The notes: generated from the sequence alone by a model not told the origin. DNA of 64,000 bases from Octopus vulgaris (GCA_951406725.2 OX597817.1:125302001-125366000), one strand, 5' to 3'. Numbered from the stretch's first letter, positions 40,481 through 54,343 are shown. Translations and numbers: made by a program.

Positions 40481-41699
40481 TACTCATCATAATGATTTCA
40501 AATTTTGGCACAGGGACAAGCAATTTCAGAAAAGGAGAATGTTTATTACATCAACCCCATTGCTCAACTGGTATTTATTTTATTGATCTGAAAGAATGAA
40601 AAGTGAAGTCAACCTCGGCAGAATTTGAACTCTGATCATAAAGACAGATAAAATGTCACTGAACAAAGAATAATTAACAACAATTCCAAAATCATATGTT
40701 TCATATCCTACATAAAAATGTGATGTAGTGGCATTAATAGCATAGTACCTAAGAATGGCTCCCATTAATAGCTTTTAGTTACATAGATCCTGAGTTTATA
40801 TCCTGTCAGAGTTAACTCAGGTTTTCTTCAAATAAATACCAGTCTTGAGCTAGCATAATTTCAATACACATAAACTTCACCTCCACTGATTTGTGACCTC
40901 CTTGCGATTTATGAAATCATTTCTGTAATTACTCAAATTTCATTAAAAGATAATAATGCCTGACAGTAGCTAAACACACACAGTAAAATTACATCATGCT
41001 CTAACTGCTAATTTCTTCTTAAATCTGCCACTGAACTTCAATTTATCAAGTACCATTCAAATGAATGACAAGTTTTCTCTTTCCTTGCTCCTCCAGATAT
41101 GATTACATTCTACCACAAGATGGATTTTCTCAGCAGGTAAATGAAATGAGATATGTTAACATGGTCTCAGACACAATAAAAGAAAGAAAATATTTCCTCA
41201 AAGACTTATGAAACCATATTAAATTATGATATTTATTTAGTTTAGTAAGAATATATTATGAAACCATATGTTATTATCTGCATTCTTTATTTGTCTCTGT
41301 GAAGGTTTGTCACCAAGTGGTGAGTATGCTGAGCTCATGATCATAAAGTTGGAGCTTCAATTCCTGGATGGGCAGAGCATTGTGTTATGGAAAAAGATAC
41401 ATTATTTCACATTCCTACAATCTATTAACTGAGTACCAGCCTAATGCTTGTGCAGTCCTCTCTCCAGTTGTCACATCCTTGATGTTTTGCTTGGAAAATC
41501 AAGGTGTCTACATTGGGTCACAGTTATATATACAAGCACCTAAAACACTTAGTGAAATCATGGTGCATGCTATCAAGTCATACTGACTTGTGAGTGACAG
41601 CAATGGCTATTAATTTGTCTCTATAATCAATGGTAAGCTCTCTACAGGATAACAAGGATTATCATTATTTTTGTTATTATTATCATCATTATTTGTAGT

Positions 41700-41880
41700 A
41701 AGGCTGCAAATTGGCAGAATCATTATGATGCTGGGCAAAATGCTTAGTGGCATTTAATCCAACTTTGTGTTCTAAGTTCAAATTCCACCAAGGTGGACTT
41801 CACTTTTCAATCTTTCAGGGTCGATAGAATAAGTACCAGTTGAACACTGATGTCAATGTAATTAACATATCCCCTTTCCT
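41700..41880 (+). mobile_element. SINE family C
   Basis: ggcagaatcatt...gggcaaaatgcttag...gttcaaattccaccaaggtggac...aagtaccagt; further decayed copies at ~32300, 32545, 36345, 39280, 40495, 45630 and 63200. Confidence 0.7.
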
Positions 41881-42219
41881 GAAAGATTTATCTGGAAAAA
41901 AGATGAGATGGTGATGCTTGGAACCTATTGACTATATATTTACTTTCTATTTGATCAAGACTGGCCTGGAACTAAAAGCAGTAGCAAACAGATGTGCTTG
42001 AACCTACAAAGAACATCTACATATTTGCACAAGCTGCTAGAAATAGTGGTCAAATTTCTTTTAAATTAAATGATATAGTCTTAACAAAATGGAATTTTGG
42101 ACAAAGACCATAATACACAAAAATATGGGATGAGCACAGCGTGAATGTCTTCGACCATAAGTTTTCTTAAAGAGGGCTAAGCTGGGGGTTAAACAACTGC
42201 CACTACAAAAAATAATAAT

Positions 42220-42688
42220 GATTTCAGATTTTGGTGCAAGGTTAGCAATTTCAAGAAAGGGGATATGTCAATTATATTGACATTAGTGTTCAACTGGTAC
42301 TTATTTTATCGACCCTGAAAGAATGAAAAGTGAAGTCCACCTTGGTGGAATTTGAACTCAGAACATAAAGTCAGATGAAATACCACTAAGCATTTTGCCC
42401 AGCATGGTAATGATTCTGCCAATTTGCAGCTTTACTACAAATAATGATGATAATAATAACAAAAATAATAATAATCCTTTCTACTATAGGCACAAGGGCT
42501 GAAATTTGAGGGCGAGAGATAGTTGGTTACATCGACCCCAGAGCTAAACTGGTAATTATTTTATTGACACTGAAAGGATGAAAGGCAAAGTTGACCTTGG
42601 TGGAATATGAATTCAGAACATGAAGATGAACGAAATACTGCTAAGCATTTCACCTGGCATGCTAACGATTCTGCCAGTTTACCACCTT
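42220..42688 (-). mobile_element. Two tandem SINE family C copies with (ATT)n tails
   Basis: 42220-42432 and 42474-42688; tails ...ccttgcaccaaaatctgaaatc and ...cttgtgcctatagtagaaaggattatt. Confidence 0.8.
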
Positions 42689-42739
42689 ACTATCAAGCAT
42701 AATAATAATAATAATAATAATGATAATAATGATAATAAC

Positions 42740-42782
<43 letters not shown>

Positions 42783-42784
<2 letters not shown>

Positions 42785-43283
42785 TACAGAGCAAAAAATT
42801 GGTACGACCGTAAACCCAAAGGCATCATCAAAAATGATAATGCAAAGATCCTGTGGGATTTTACGATTCAGTGCAGCCATGAGATAGGAAGCCAGACATA
42901 GTCTTTATTAAGAAAGAAAGCAAACTATGCTGGATCATAGATATAGCATGCGCAGATGACAACAAGATAGTGATAAGGAAGAAAGAAAAGTCGATAGATA
43001 TGACAGGTTAGCTTGGGAGGTTAAGAAGTTGTATCGCTGAAAAAGGTGGTAGTAGTACCAATAATTATCAGAGCCCTGGGAACAGTGAATAAAAGTCTTG
43101 AGAAGTAAATGGAACAAATAGGGGCTGCAATAAGGGTGGAGCACTTGCAGAAAACAGCACTGCTTGGAACTGCTTGAATACACTGGAAGGTACTTGAAAA
43201 ATAAGGGGTTGTTACCTTAGTTCACAGGTAGTGAACAGCTGACACCATAGTACATCTCCAGAGTTAGAAGCTGTGCAAAGGCA
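42783..43283 (+). mobile_element. 5'-truncated R4/Dong-like retrotransposon (RLE domain plus 3' UTR) inside (AAT)n
   Basis: WYDRKP..NDNAKILWDFTIQC..KPDIV..IIDIAC..KVDRYD.LAWEVKKL..VVPIII.ALG..LQKTALLGTA; (AAT)n on both flanks. Confidence 0.85.
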
Positions 43284-44333
43284 ATAATGATAATAATAAG
43301 GATAATAATAATAATAATGATGATGATGATGATGATGATGATAATAATTATACTATTATTTATTATGTTTCACAATAATTAACTTTCATGTGGAGTGAAT
43401 AAGACAATAAGCAAGATGATAAACTCAGTAGCATGAAAGTATTTCTAGACATAGAAAGTATTCTGAAATATTGATGAAAAATATGCTTTAATATATTTTG
43501 ACATCTCTATGTTCAAATTAATCAATTTTGCAGTAAAGTGACTGAAAAAATATCAAATAGCTGATATGATATATTTTGAGTATGTGACTTTAAAAAACCC
43601 TTTATTTTCTTTTATTATTTATTTTAATTTTTTTTTTATTATTGTACATATAAATGGAATTATAAAAAAAGTAAAAAATAAAAGAAGCACTACTCGATTT
43701 AAAATACAAAGTAGAAAAAAATCTAACACTAAATTCTCCAAATAGTATAGTTCTTACTGTATTATATAATTTTAATTTAATTTTTATTATATATATTTTT
43801 TAACTTCTTTTTTTTTGCATCCCCTTGTATGTGAAACATGGGAAGTACATAATACAATTTTGGAAAATAAACAAACTCATAATAATCAGAGAGAGATATA
43901 GTGGGAGAGAGAAAGAGTGAAAAAGAATGAAAGAGAGAGGGAGAGAGAAGGGGTTAGACAGAGACACAGACGGAGAAATATAATATAAAATAAAATTGGT
44001 ATTAAATAAAAAAAAAGATGATTAAAGAAATAAGTATCAAATGTTTACCAATATCAACTTATAACTTGCTGTTCTGTACAAGGAAGCACCTGCAAGAAAA
44101 AATAAAAAATTATAATAATAAAAATAACTAAGTAAAATTGTCAGATCAATTAAGATATCACTCTAATAGTCCATCCATCTATATTCCGTGGTCATTTGAT
44201 TTGTTTTTATTATTACATCAAATTTTTCTTATTAATATTTTAGTTTATTTATTAATTTGTAATTTTTGAAGTATTTTATATATATAAGTCTCTATTTTAG
44301 CTAAATAAATCAATATGTTTTGTGTGTGTGTGT

Positions 44334-44370
<37 letters not shown>

Positions 44371-46926
44371 AGTTTGTGTTTCCTCATAATTGTAAATACA
44401 AACAAGTTTTGTTTTGTTTATATTATGCAAAAATTTTAACAGTCACAGAGCATGCATACACAGGGATACACTTGTATACATACATACATACACACATGCA
44501 CATCCATCACACATGTGAGTATAATGAAAAGGATAAAATATTGTAACTTAGAAACATGATACGAAATAATTTATATTTGATAAAAATTACCATTTGCAGT
44601 TGTACAAGTAGGAAAGCTTCTCATAAACCTACGCGTGTTACATAATTGAAAATGATACTAAATGAGGATATGAAATACAACAAAATAACTAAATAAAATA
44701 AAAGAAAGATAAGAAAAACTTTAAAAAAAATATATGTATATCAAATAAAAATAAACAAAATTTTCAACTATGAAACTATATTTTGCTGGAAGCAAATTAA
44801 AATTTCTCACAAAATATAAATGATTGCATGATGTTAGATACAAACATCAAAAGGTGTTGGTTTCTGTGAATAGTTATATTGAGAAGTTTTTGTTCATTTT
44901 TTTTCTCTTTTTGCTAGTAAATGTAGCCCAAACAACACAAAATTTATATATATGTATATATACATATGTTTATATATGTATATGTATATATAAATATACA
45001 TATACAAACATATATGCACGCACACGCATGTACATAAACACATATATATATATACACACACATACTGTATAAAATTATTCTAAAAAAGAAATGTAATAAT
45101 GTTAAATATTTAAATTGAAAATTCTCCTGAAATAAACATGTTCAAGCAGAGAACACTGTTTATGAACAAGCGTTTTCCTTTTTGGAATGAAATTTTGTGA
45201 AATGTTTTCTCTTAGTTATAGAGAAAAGTTTGCATACAAACATATATACATATAAAGACTCACATATACTACACATACTGACAAAACCTATATGCTTGGT
45301 GTCTAGTTATATATTTTTTTATTTCCTAATACATGTTATCAAGTAGATATAAATAAATAATATTAGTAAAGGATACATTTATTCCTAAAGTCTGCTCCCA
45401 CCGAGAAACTTAGAGTAGTAAGTACATTCCAGAGATTTCTTAAATTAGAATATATATATATTAACTTTATTAAATTAGCATTCAGTATTTTATTCTTTGT
45501 AGCAGCCATTTATGTTAACTTGTAGAATTGGGTGGGGGCTAGTATAATTATTTTAATAAAGCAATTATAACAAGCTGTGAAAATCAGGAATCAAGAAAAA
45601 CAATTGATAATAGAAAAAGAAAAATCACTGTTTCTAATTTAGACACAAGGCCAGCAATTTTATAGACAGTGGATTAGTCAATACCACCAACCCCTGTACT
45701 TGATTGGTACTTTTTTTTCCCTGGGAGGGTGAAAGACAGAGTTGTCCTTGGCTGGATTTGAATTCAGAAAGTCAGAATATATTGAAAAGAGACAATAAAA
45801 TATGATGCATATGAAACAGAGGACTCACAAATAAGTGGGTAGGACAAACAAGTTACATGAGGATGAGTGAAGATGCTATACAAAAATATATGGGAATGAC
45901 CACAAAAATGTATGGAAAAATATATAAGTAATCACATGGAATAAATAAATACAATATAACAATCAATAATTAAAAAATAATGAATTTTATATAATATTTA
46001 GAAGTTCCTTTACATTTGTTCAGGGCTCTCCACTGACTTCATTACTTATCTCCCCATAAAATATTTTTGCTATCTTCCTTGTATGAAATGAAATTATTGT
46101 ATATAGTGCTCAGGTGCACTACTACTATTGTCTAACACTGTGATTTCAGAATTCCCTGTGAATACCTCCTTGATCAGAGTGAGTGAATAAGGACCCATAT
46201 CTTGTTAATAGTTGATATGCAGATCACCGAATATATTCAGAAAAGTTTTATCAACGTCTTATCATTTTATGTTTTTTAAGTTTGGTACCATAACCTGTCC
46301 TTTCACTTCTTCGTCTGGTGCACTCTCATGTACATCAAATAAGTTTTCTTTGGAATGATAATTGAAAAGTTTAATTCACTCAAATAGAAGATGGATTCAT
46401 TCTCCCTTTAGGTGGCACAGGAGGTAAAGATGGGGTTATTTCATAGATAAACTATTCCTCATGAAAGAGAGAGAACTTCTGAATGACAGATGTACCCGCG
46501 CCACATTTTAAAATTCAATTTTATTTCATCTTTATGTCAGTTTTCAAAAATTTCTTCTAACCTTCTTTGGTCTCTGTCTAATTGTTATTCTCATAACTGA
46601 ATATAATGGTACTGCTGTGAGAAAAGCTTTGTGAAGAAGAGTTGTGCCCAGCATGTCCTTATGGTATAATGTAGCCTCAGAACTTGAAAACTCCATCATT
46701 ATCAATACTGTTGATGAATTTTGTTATTTTAAACCTTCTTGGTAGAAGCATTTCAATATCTTTTATTGACATATGCCGCAGCTGAACTTTCTGTAAAAAA
46801 CCTTATAATAATGATAATGATAATGATGATGATGATGATAATAATAATAATACTAATGATCACAATAATAATAATGATAATGATTATAATAATGATAATA
46901 GTAATTATTATTATCATTATTATTAC

Positions 46927-46972
<46 letters not shown>

Positions 46973-46989
46973 TTTTTTTTTTTTTTTTT

Positions 46990-49900
46990 CTTCTTCTTTC
47001 AAATTTGCTTCCATTTCTTGCCGAGTGTCTTCCCGACTCCTAGGACAAAGAAACTCATAGTATACATTGGTAGGCCATTAAACTGAACTCAATAGTTCGT
47101 TCATTTCTTTTTTTGAAGTTAAATTAAAATACATGGGTAGTAATAGTTCTCACATCGACAATGCTCTTCTCAATACGTGTGATGTACCAGTTAAGACAAT
47201 CTTTTGCACTTCTTGCAGGGATGGTAAGCCAGGGATCATTCTCATATAATTTTCGGTTCCCTTCTTGATCATTCCTAGTGCCCCTACGATCACTGGTATT
47301 GTAACCGCCTTGAGATGCCACATTTTCCCAATTTCAATGAGCAGGTCTTTATATTTTCTGAGCTTGTCAAACTCTTTCGCCGAGATATTATGATCACAGG
47401 GGATGCTCATGTCGATCAATAAGCAAACTTTATTGTTTTGGTCTTTCACAACAATATCTGGTTTATTGGCTTTGATGGTTCGGTCTGTATGTACTGGGAA
47501 GTCCCACAGAATCGTTACATTTTCTCCTTCAGTTACAGCTTCAGGGTGATTATACCACTTGTCAGCAGTTTTGATATTGTAATGCCGACTTAGTAGCCAG
47601 TGTAGATATTGACCAACTCTGTCATGTCTTAATTTATACTCCACTGGTGCTAAGACTTTACATCCAGAGATTAGGTGGTCCACTGTTTCAATCATGTTGT
47701 TGCAGAATCGGCATTTTGGGTCTGCTCCATTTTTCATCACATTGGCCTGGTAGTTCCGGGTTAATAGGCTTTGATCTTGAGCAGCCATGATGAAACCTTC
47801 GCTCTCTGCTTTTAGCCCTGAGCTCCGTAGCCACTGATGGGTTTGCTTCTGGTCAACATCAGCTTGTCTCTCGTGATTTTCCACGAGCTTTAGCATCCAG
47901 TCATTCGTTATTTCAAGATATTTGGCGAGTCCAATTGTGGTTGTTTTGTAAGGTAGTTCAAATTGGATCAGGCCTCGACCTCCTTGGGCTCTGGGAAGGT
48001 AAAGGCGATCTACGTCTGCCTTTGGGTGGTGCATCCTATTACAACTCAGCAGCTTGCGTATTTTCCCATCTATATTCTTTACTTCACTCATATTCCAGTT
48101 CAACATATTGTAGCTATAAGTAACAACTGGAACTGCTAAGGAATTTATAGCTAACACCTTGTTACGTGCATTTAGTTCAAATTTCAGGACTGCACGAACT
48201 CTCCTATAACATTCCTTCCTGATCCTCTCTTTCATGCTTGCATGCTGAATACCAGAGCCTTCATTTATCCCTAAATATTCGTATGTTTGTTCTTGCTCAA
48301 GCTCTCTTATGACTGTGTCAACATCTAACACGACTGAGTTTGTGGTCTTCACTTTCCCTTTCTGGAAAGTGGCCTTGGCACACTTCTCAAGCCCAAACTT
48401 CATCCCGATGTCATCGCTGAATGCTTTCACAGTGGGCAATAGGCCTTCAAGTTCATTATCATCTTTACTATAGAGTTTTAAGTCATCCATATAAAATAGA
48501 TGGCTTATTTTATTATTGGCAATTTTATACCCATACCCTGTTCTGTTTAATTCACTTGTAAGGGGTATTAGGGCTATGCAGAATATTAAAGGTGAAAGTG
48601 AGTCACCTTGAAAAATTCCACAGTTGATGTTTATATTTTCTGAGGCAAGTACTCCATTAGAGTGGTATAATTGGAGATTCGTATTCCACAACGACATATT
48701 GTGCTTCAGGAAGCTTGAAATCACAGGGGAAATTTTGAAGATGTCCAGCGATCTCAAGATCCATGGATGCGGTATACTGTCGAAGGCCTTTTTATAGTCA
48801 ATCCATGCGGAGCTGAGATTTCTGCACTTGTTGTGACAGTTCTCAAGGATCATACGATTAATTAGCAGTTGATCTTTACATTCATATGAGCCTTGGCGGC
48901 ACCCTTTTTGTTCAATGGGGAAAATATCGTTCTTCTCCATGAATGCATATGTTTTCTCCGCCAGGATAGATGTTAGGATTTTATACGTGGTGGATAGACA
49001 GGTTATAGGCCGATAGTTTTTTTGAAGGTTGGTTTCGTTATTCTTTGGGAGGAGGTAAGTAATACCACTTGCTAACCATTCAGGTGTTTTCTTTGGGTCT
49101 CTCATAATTCCATTGAGCATCTGAACTAGCTTACCGTGTGCGCATGGAAGCGATGCGAGCCAGAAATTCAGCACCCTATCTTTACCGGGTGATTTCCAAT
49201 TATGGGCCTTCGTGAGTGCCTTTCTTAGGTCTGCTATTGTGATGTCTTCCCATGTTTGTTGGAAATTTTGGTAGGATCCTTCAGTTTGTATAATCCAGTC
49301 TGCATTTATGTTGTACGTCTTCTTGTCACTCCAAATCCTTTTCCAAAAGTTTTGAACTTCTTCCATGGGAGGTGGGGTCTTTAACGGTTACTTTCTCCTT
49401 CCCTATTTCTCTGTAGAATTTTTTGGCATTAGATGTGAACAGCTTATTTTGCATGTAAAACTTGTTTCTCTTCTTAAATCTTCGTATTCTTTGGGCTTTA
49501 GCTTGGACTTTTTGTTTCAGCGTTTCTTTTATTGATATCAGTTCTTCTCTTGGTGGGGGTCCAAATTTTCTCTTCATCTTTCTTCCTGTTCTGGATCTTA
49601 CATCATTTCCACATATTAGTTAATTTAATATTGATATTCCCCTCTCATAAATTCAATCTCTGTTTCAATTTTACTTCTCCAGGTTTGATTTCTTCCCAGG
49701 TTTGGTTTTCTTTGTTTTTTCGGGGGCATAGAGCTGGTTTCAATTGCCCTAGCAGAAGTGTAAATAGTTTAATTTAACTCAGTAAAATCAGGTTTTAATT
49801 CTTGTATTATTTCATTTGTTACATAGTTGCCAATTTGGATTTGTTTTTTATTTTGGTTTGTATTTGAGAGTTTATGAAGTGGTTCTCTATCATTCATACT

Positions 49901-50735
49901 TGTATGTCTTACAACTTCAAGCGTATTCAGGATTTTCTGCCTCATTTCTGCCATAGACTCTCTGTGTTCTTCAGCAAATGCGAGATCTTCAGTTACTGTT
50001 GTTTTATCATTTTCCTGGCTATCTTTAACAGGTTCAGTAGAATTTCTTGTATCTTCAGGCCTTTGCGTACTTTGGTCAGATGGCAGTCTTTCAATTAAGT
50101 CTCGTGGTGGGCTATACTGTTCATCTTATTCTTCATTTCCTTTGTATCTTATATTTATGTCATTTTCAGTTGCGTGCTTGATCGCGTTTATTTCACTGTC
50201 TGTGAGTCTGTTATTTCTAAGGATATCCCTCCTCACATTTGCCAATTTATTCTCGTCCAAATAGGGCCTACTGTCTTGATTCCGTGTTCTCCATATACTG
50301 TAAGAGTTTGCGGTGTGTCTCTCTTGAGATGGCCTACCTAATGCATAGTAATAAGCATATATTAATTCTTTATACTCTTCTCGGGTCCATTTGTTCCGCT
50401 TACATTTTTTTTCTGTGGTGGTTGTGGTGGTGAACTTGGAGGGCAAGAGTTGGGGAATTTCCCGTTCAAGTGACCATCCATGTCCGTATTCGGAGAAGAG
50501 TTTGTGCCAATTGATGACTTTTCGATCCCAGGCTGGCTCTTCCCTGGGGGACGCGCTTCCAGATTAACCATAGGACAAGCGATTTGGTATACTGATTTAG
50601 TTTTCCTTTTAGTTTCCAAAAACATTTTGGTGCTACGATAATGTTATCATTTTTGAGCTTTGATTGGCTCGTGGTGAGACGGCCATCATTGCCATTACAA
50701 TTATAATCGTACCATTATAGCAGCCGTAGTCGGCT
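46990..50735 (-). mobile_element. R4/Dong-clade non-LTR retrotransposon, near full length, inserted in (TAA)n
   Basis: N-terminal RNKWTREE..LANVRRDIL domain (50126..50446), pieces 49769..49954 and 49326..49577, RT-RLE ORF 47150..49366, 3' UTR ending (GAA)n-polyA-(TAA)n; the 5' flank is also TAA/TGA-rich. Confidence 0.93.
47150..49366 (-). pseudogene. RT + CCHC + restriction-like endonuclease ORF (frameshift-separated C-terminal part of the single Dong ORF)
   Basis: WKSPGKD, YRPITCL, IDYKKAFDS, GIFQGDSLSP, YMDD, YLG, CRFC..HLISGC, RHD, KPDIVV..IDMS..KLRKY; upstream ORF pieces are in other frames. Confidence 0.9.
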
Positions 50736-51165
50736 TATTATTGTTATTATCATCACCATTATTATCACTATTATCATTATCACCACTATTACTATCATCA
50801 TTATCATCATCACCATCACCATCATCATCATCATCATCAATGATATTGTTTTATGTGTAGTCACAGCAGTATCTTATTATTGTTATTTTTGCTTTTTATC
50901 ATTATCACCATCACAGTAGTGTCTGTTTGTCTCGTTGGCTGGCTGGGTGGTTGGCTGGCTGACTGTCTTCAACACCAGAATTCTTGCCTGTCAAATAATA
51001 CTTTCATATTTGGTTAACATCTAAAGCGCCGAGGTGAGGTTTGTGTTGACTGAACTCTGTGTGTGTGTGTGTGTGTGTAGATAGATAGATAGATTATCAG
51101 CACTATTACTATCATTATTATCATCATCACCATCATCACCATCACCATCAGTGATTTTTTTTTCC

Positions 51166-51220
<55 letters not shown>

Positions 51221-51695
51221 GAGTGAGCAAGCAGAGCATGCCATCAAAGTGACACTGGGGTAAAATATACGAAGCCCAGTATACCCATCATGACTACCCG
51301 TCTGATAAGGGTACACCAGGCACATGCATCACAACCATATGTGCGCGACATGGTGATCTCATATCAAGATAAACAGCACATGACCTTGCAGGTGGGGCCC
51401 ACTTAGAATTTTCTTCAGGTTGAGTAGCCCATCCCGCTCAAACGGTCCCTGAATAAGGGTTGTTTAAGGATCTTGAAAGAACCACCCATGTTTCCAGAGG
51501 TGAACTATTCAAACCCCAAAGAATCCCTCTCAACACATGGCTATGATGCTCCCCCACTACTTCTGCTCGTGATCAGAGATGCACATATCGTCAGCCACTA
51601 AGGGACATGCTCAACTGGTTAAGGTCAAACAACTGACAAGCAAAAATGTGGTATTGAGCAGAATATTTGCTGTAGCCCATCTTTTATACCAAGAC
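51221..51695 (-). mobile_element. (AAT)n-embedded non-coding retroposon (family E), 5'-truncated
   Basis: Reverse complement of 53536-54089 lacking its first ~80 nt; (TTA)n on both flanks. Confidence 0.85.
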
Positions 51696-51741
<46 letters not shown>

Positions 51742-52014
51742 GTTATTATTATTATAAACAATAAGGAGAGTATGATGCAATTTGTAATAAATAGAGATTG
51801 ATTCTGTTTATTGAATTGAACAAATTGAACAATAATATTTTGACAGATTGTCTGTCTTCCCCAGGTTCAAAATGTAAAATGAAAAAAGATGCAGATATAC
51901 AGAAATTAAATATATGAACAGGAATATCCTGCATTTCATTTTAGACAATTTAATAGAGTCTCTGTTAATTACAAATTGCTTTGCACTCTTCATATCATTT
52001 ATTTACCATTGTGA

Positions 52015-52058
<44 letters not shown>

Positions 52059-52189
52059 CATCATCATCATCATCATCATCATCATTATTACTATTATTAT
52101 TATTATCATTATTATTATTATTATAGTTGTTGTTGTTGTTTTTATCATTATTAGTAATGATGATAATAATAATTATAATATTGATAATA

Positions 52190-52360
52190 TGCAAGGCCAT
52201 ACACTGTTTATCTTGATATGAGATCACCATGTCACATACATAAAGTTGTGATGCATATACCTGGTGTACACTTATCAGACAGGTAGTCATGACTGGGTAT
52301 AATGGGCTTTGTATATTTTACCCCAGTGTCACTTTGATGGCATGCAATGCTCTCTCACTC
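52190..52360 (+). mobile_element. Family E, strongly 5'-truncated
   Basis: Only the last ~170 nt, ending ctctctcactc(AAT)n. Confidence 0.82.
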
Positions 52361-52418
<58 letters not shown>

Positions 52419-52425
52419 GTGATAA

Positions 52426-52465
<40 letters not shown>

Positions 52466-52868
52466 CCTTTCTCCAATAGGCACAAGGCCTGAAATTGTAA
52501 GGGAGTTGGCTAATCGATTACATTGACCCCAGTGCATAACTGGTACTCACTTTATCAAACTTGAAAGGATGAAAGGCAAAGATAACCTCGGCAGAATTTG
52601 GAGTCAGGACGTATTGACGGGTGAAATATCGCTAAGCATTTTGTCCAACATGTTAATGATCTTGCCAGCTCGCTGTACTAATAATGATAATAACAATAAG
52701 CCATACTATCATAAGCTCAAGGTCTGAAATTTTGGATTGTGGAGTTAGACAATTACATTGATCCCCAGTGCTCAACTGGTGCTTATATTATTGACCATGG
52801 CAGAGGTTGAACTCAGAAACGTAAAGACAGCCAAAATGCCACTAAGCATTCTACCAGCTCAGCACCTT
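52466..52868 (-). mobile_element. Two SINE family C copies
   Basis: 52466-52675 (tail ggccttgtgcctattggagaaaggattatt) and 52700-52868. Confidence 0.75.
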
Positions 52869-52876
52869 AATAACGA

Positions 52877-52954
<78 letters not shown>

Positions 52955-52955
<1 letters not shown>

Positions 52956-53434
52956 CATCATCATCATCATCATTTAGCATCCGCTTTCCATGCTAGCATG
53001 GGTTGGACTGTTCAACTGGGGTCTATGAAGCCAGAAGGCTGCATCAGGCCCAGTCTGATCTGGCAGTGTTTCTATGGCTGGATGCCCTTCCTAATGCCAA
53101 CCACTCCGTGAGTGTAGTGGGTGCTTTTTACGTGCCACCTGCACAGGTGCCAGATGGAGCTGGCAAACGGCCATGGACGGATGGTGCTTTTTACGTGCCA
53201 CCGGCACGGGGGCCAGGCGAGGCTGGCAACGGCCATGATCGGATGGTGCTTTTTACATGCCACCGGCATGGGGGCCAGGCGAGGCTGGCAACGGCCACAA
53301 TCGGATGGTGCTTTTTACGTGCCACCGGCACGGGGGCCAGCCGAGACTGGCAACGGCCATGAACGGATGGTGCTACGTGCCACCGGCACGGGGGCCAGGC
53401 GAGGCTGGCAACGGCCACAAACGGATGGTGCTTT

Positions 53435-53436
<2 letters not shown>
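52955..53436 (-). mobile_element. RTE 3' UTR fragment with five ~62 bp GC-rich tandem units
   Basis: Homologous to 1523-1900; unit starts at 53120, 53183, 53245, 53307, 53369 and 53427. Confidence 0.85.
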
Positions 53437-53514
<78 letters not shown>

Positions 53515-53535
53515 GATAATAATAATAATAATAAT

Positions 53536-54089
53536 GCCCTGATGCAGTACCAGGCAGTGGCTCTCATGGCTTCTGATCTTAACTGATTAGAAGTGCTATC
53601 ATGTACATTGTTTTTACTTGGTAAAAAAGATGGGCTACAGCAAATATTCTGCTCAATACCACAGATTTGCTTGTCAGTTGTTTGACCGTAACCAGTTGAG
53701 CATGTCCCTTACAGGCTGACGATATGTGCATCTCCGATCACGAGCAGAAGTAGTGGGGGAGCATCATAGCCATGTGTTGAGAGGGATTCTTTGGGGTTTG
53801 AATAATTCACCTCTGGAAACATGGGTGTTTCATTCAACATCCTTAAACAACCCTTATTCAGGGACCTTTTGAGCAGGATGGGTTACTCGACCTGAAGAAA
53901 ATTCTAAGTGGGCCCCACCTGCAAGGTCATATGCTGTTTATCTTGATATGAGATCACCATGTCGTGCATATATGGTTGTGATGCATGTGCCTAGTGTACC
54001 CTTATCAGACAGTTAGTCATGATGGGTATACTGGGCTTCGTATATTTTACCCCAGTGTCACTTTGATGGCATGCACTGCTCTCTCACTC
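53536..54089 (+). mobile_element. Family E, longest copy (~555 bp)
   Basis: (AAT)n-gccctgatgcag...ctctctcactc-(AAT)n; multiple strong hairpins; no convincing ORF or A/B boxes. Confidence 0.87.
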
Positions 54090-54148
<59 letters not shown>

Positions 54149-54343
54149 GAATAATAATACTAACGCTTCTGGTTTTAGGACTGCCAACAATTTTGAGGTA
54201 AAAATTTCAGTTAATACCATCAAAGCCAGAACTTGAGCAGTGCTTTATTTTACCTACCCTTGAGGGATGACAAAATAATTTTGATAGACATTATTTACAT
54301 TATCTAAAATTTACGAATATTTATCCTCATCTTGTTTGTTGTT

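Noticed and set aside
50640-50740. HDV-like ribozyme at the Dong 5' end
   Set aside because: Only two small hairpins (agccg/cggct and tataat/attata) are visible; no convincing nested pseudoknot.
53120-53436. CRISPR-like repeat array
   Set aside because: The sequences between the conserved cores are themselves near-identical (a tandem minisatellite), the context is a eukaryotic RTE 3' UTR, and there are no cas genes.
53536-54089. Family E as telomerase RNA, 7SK, SRP or an HDV-like ribozyme
   Set aside because: No CTAACCCTAA template, no recognisable 7SK/SRP motifs, and I could not build an HDV double pseudoknot by eye.
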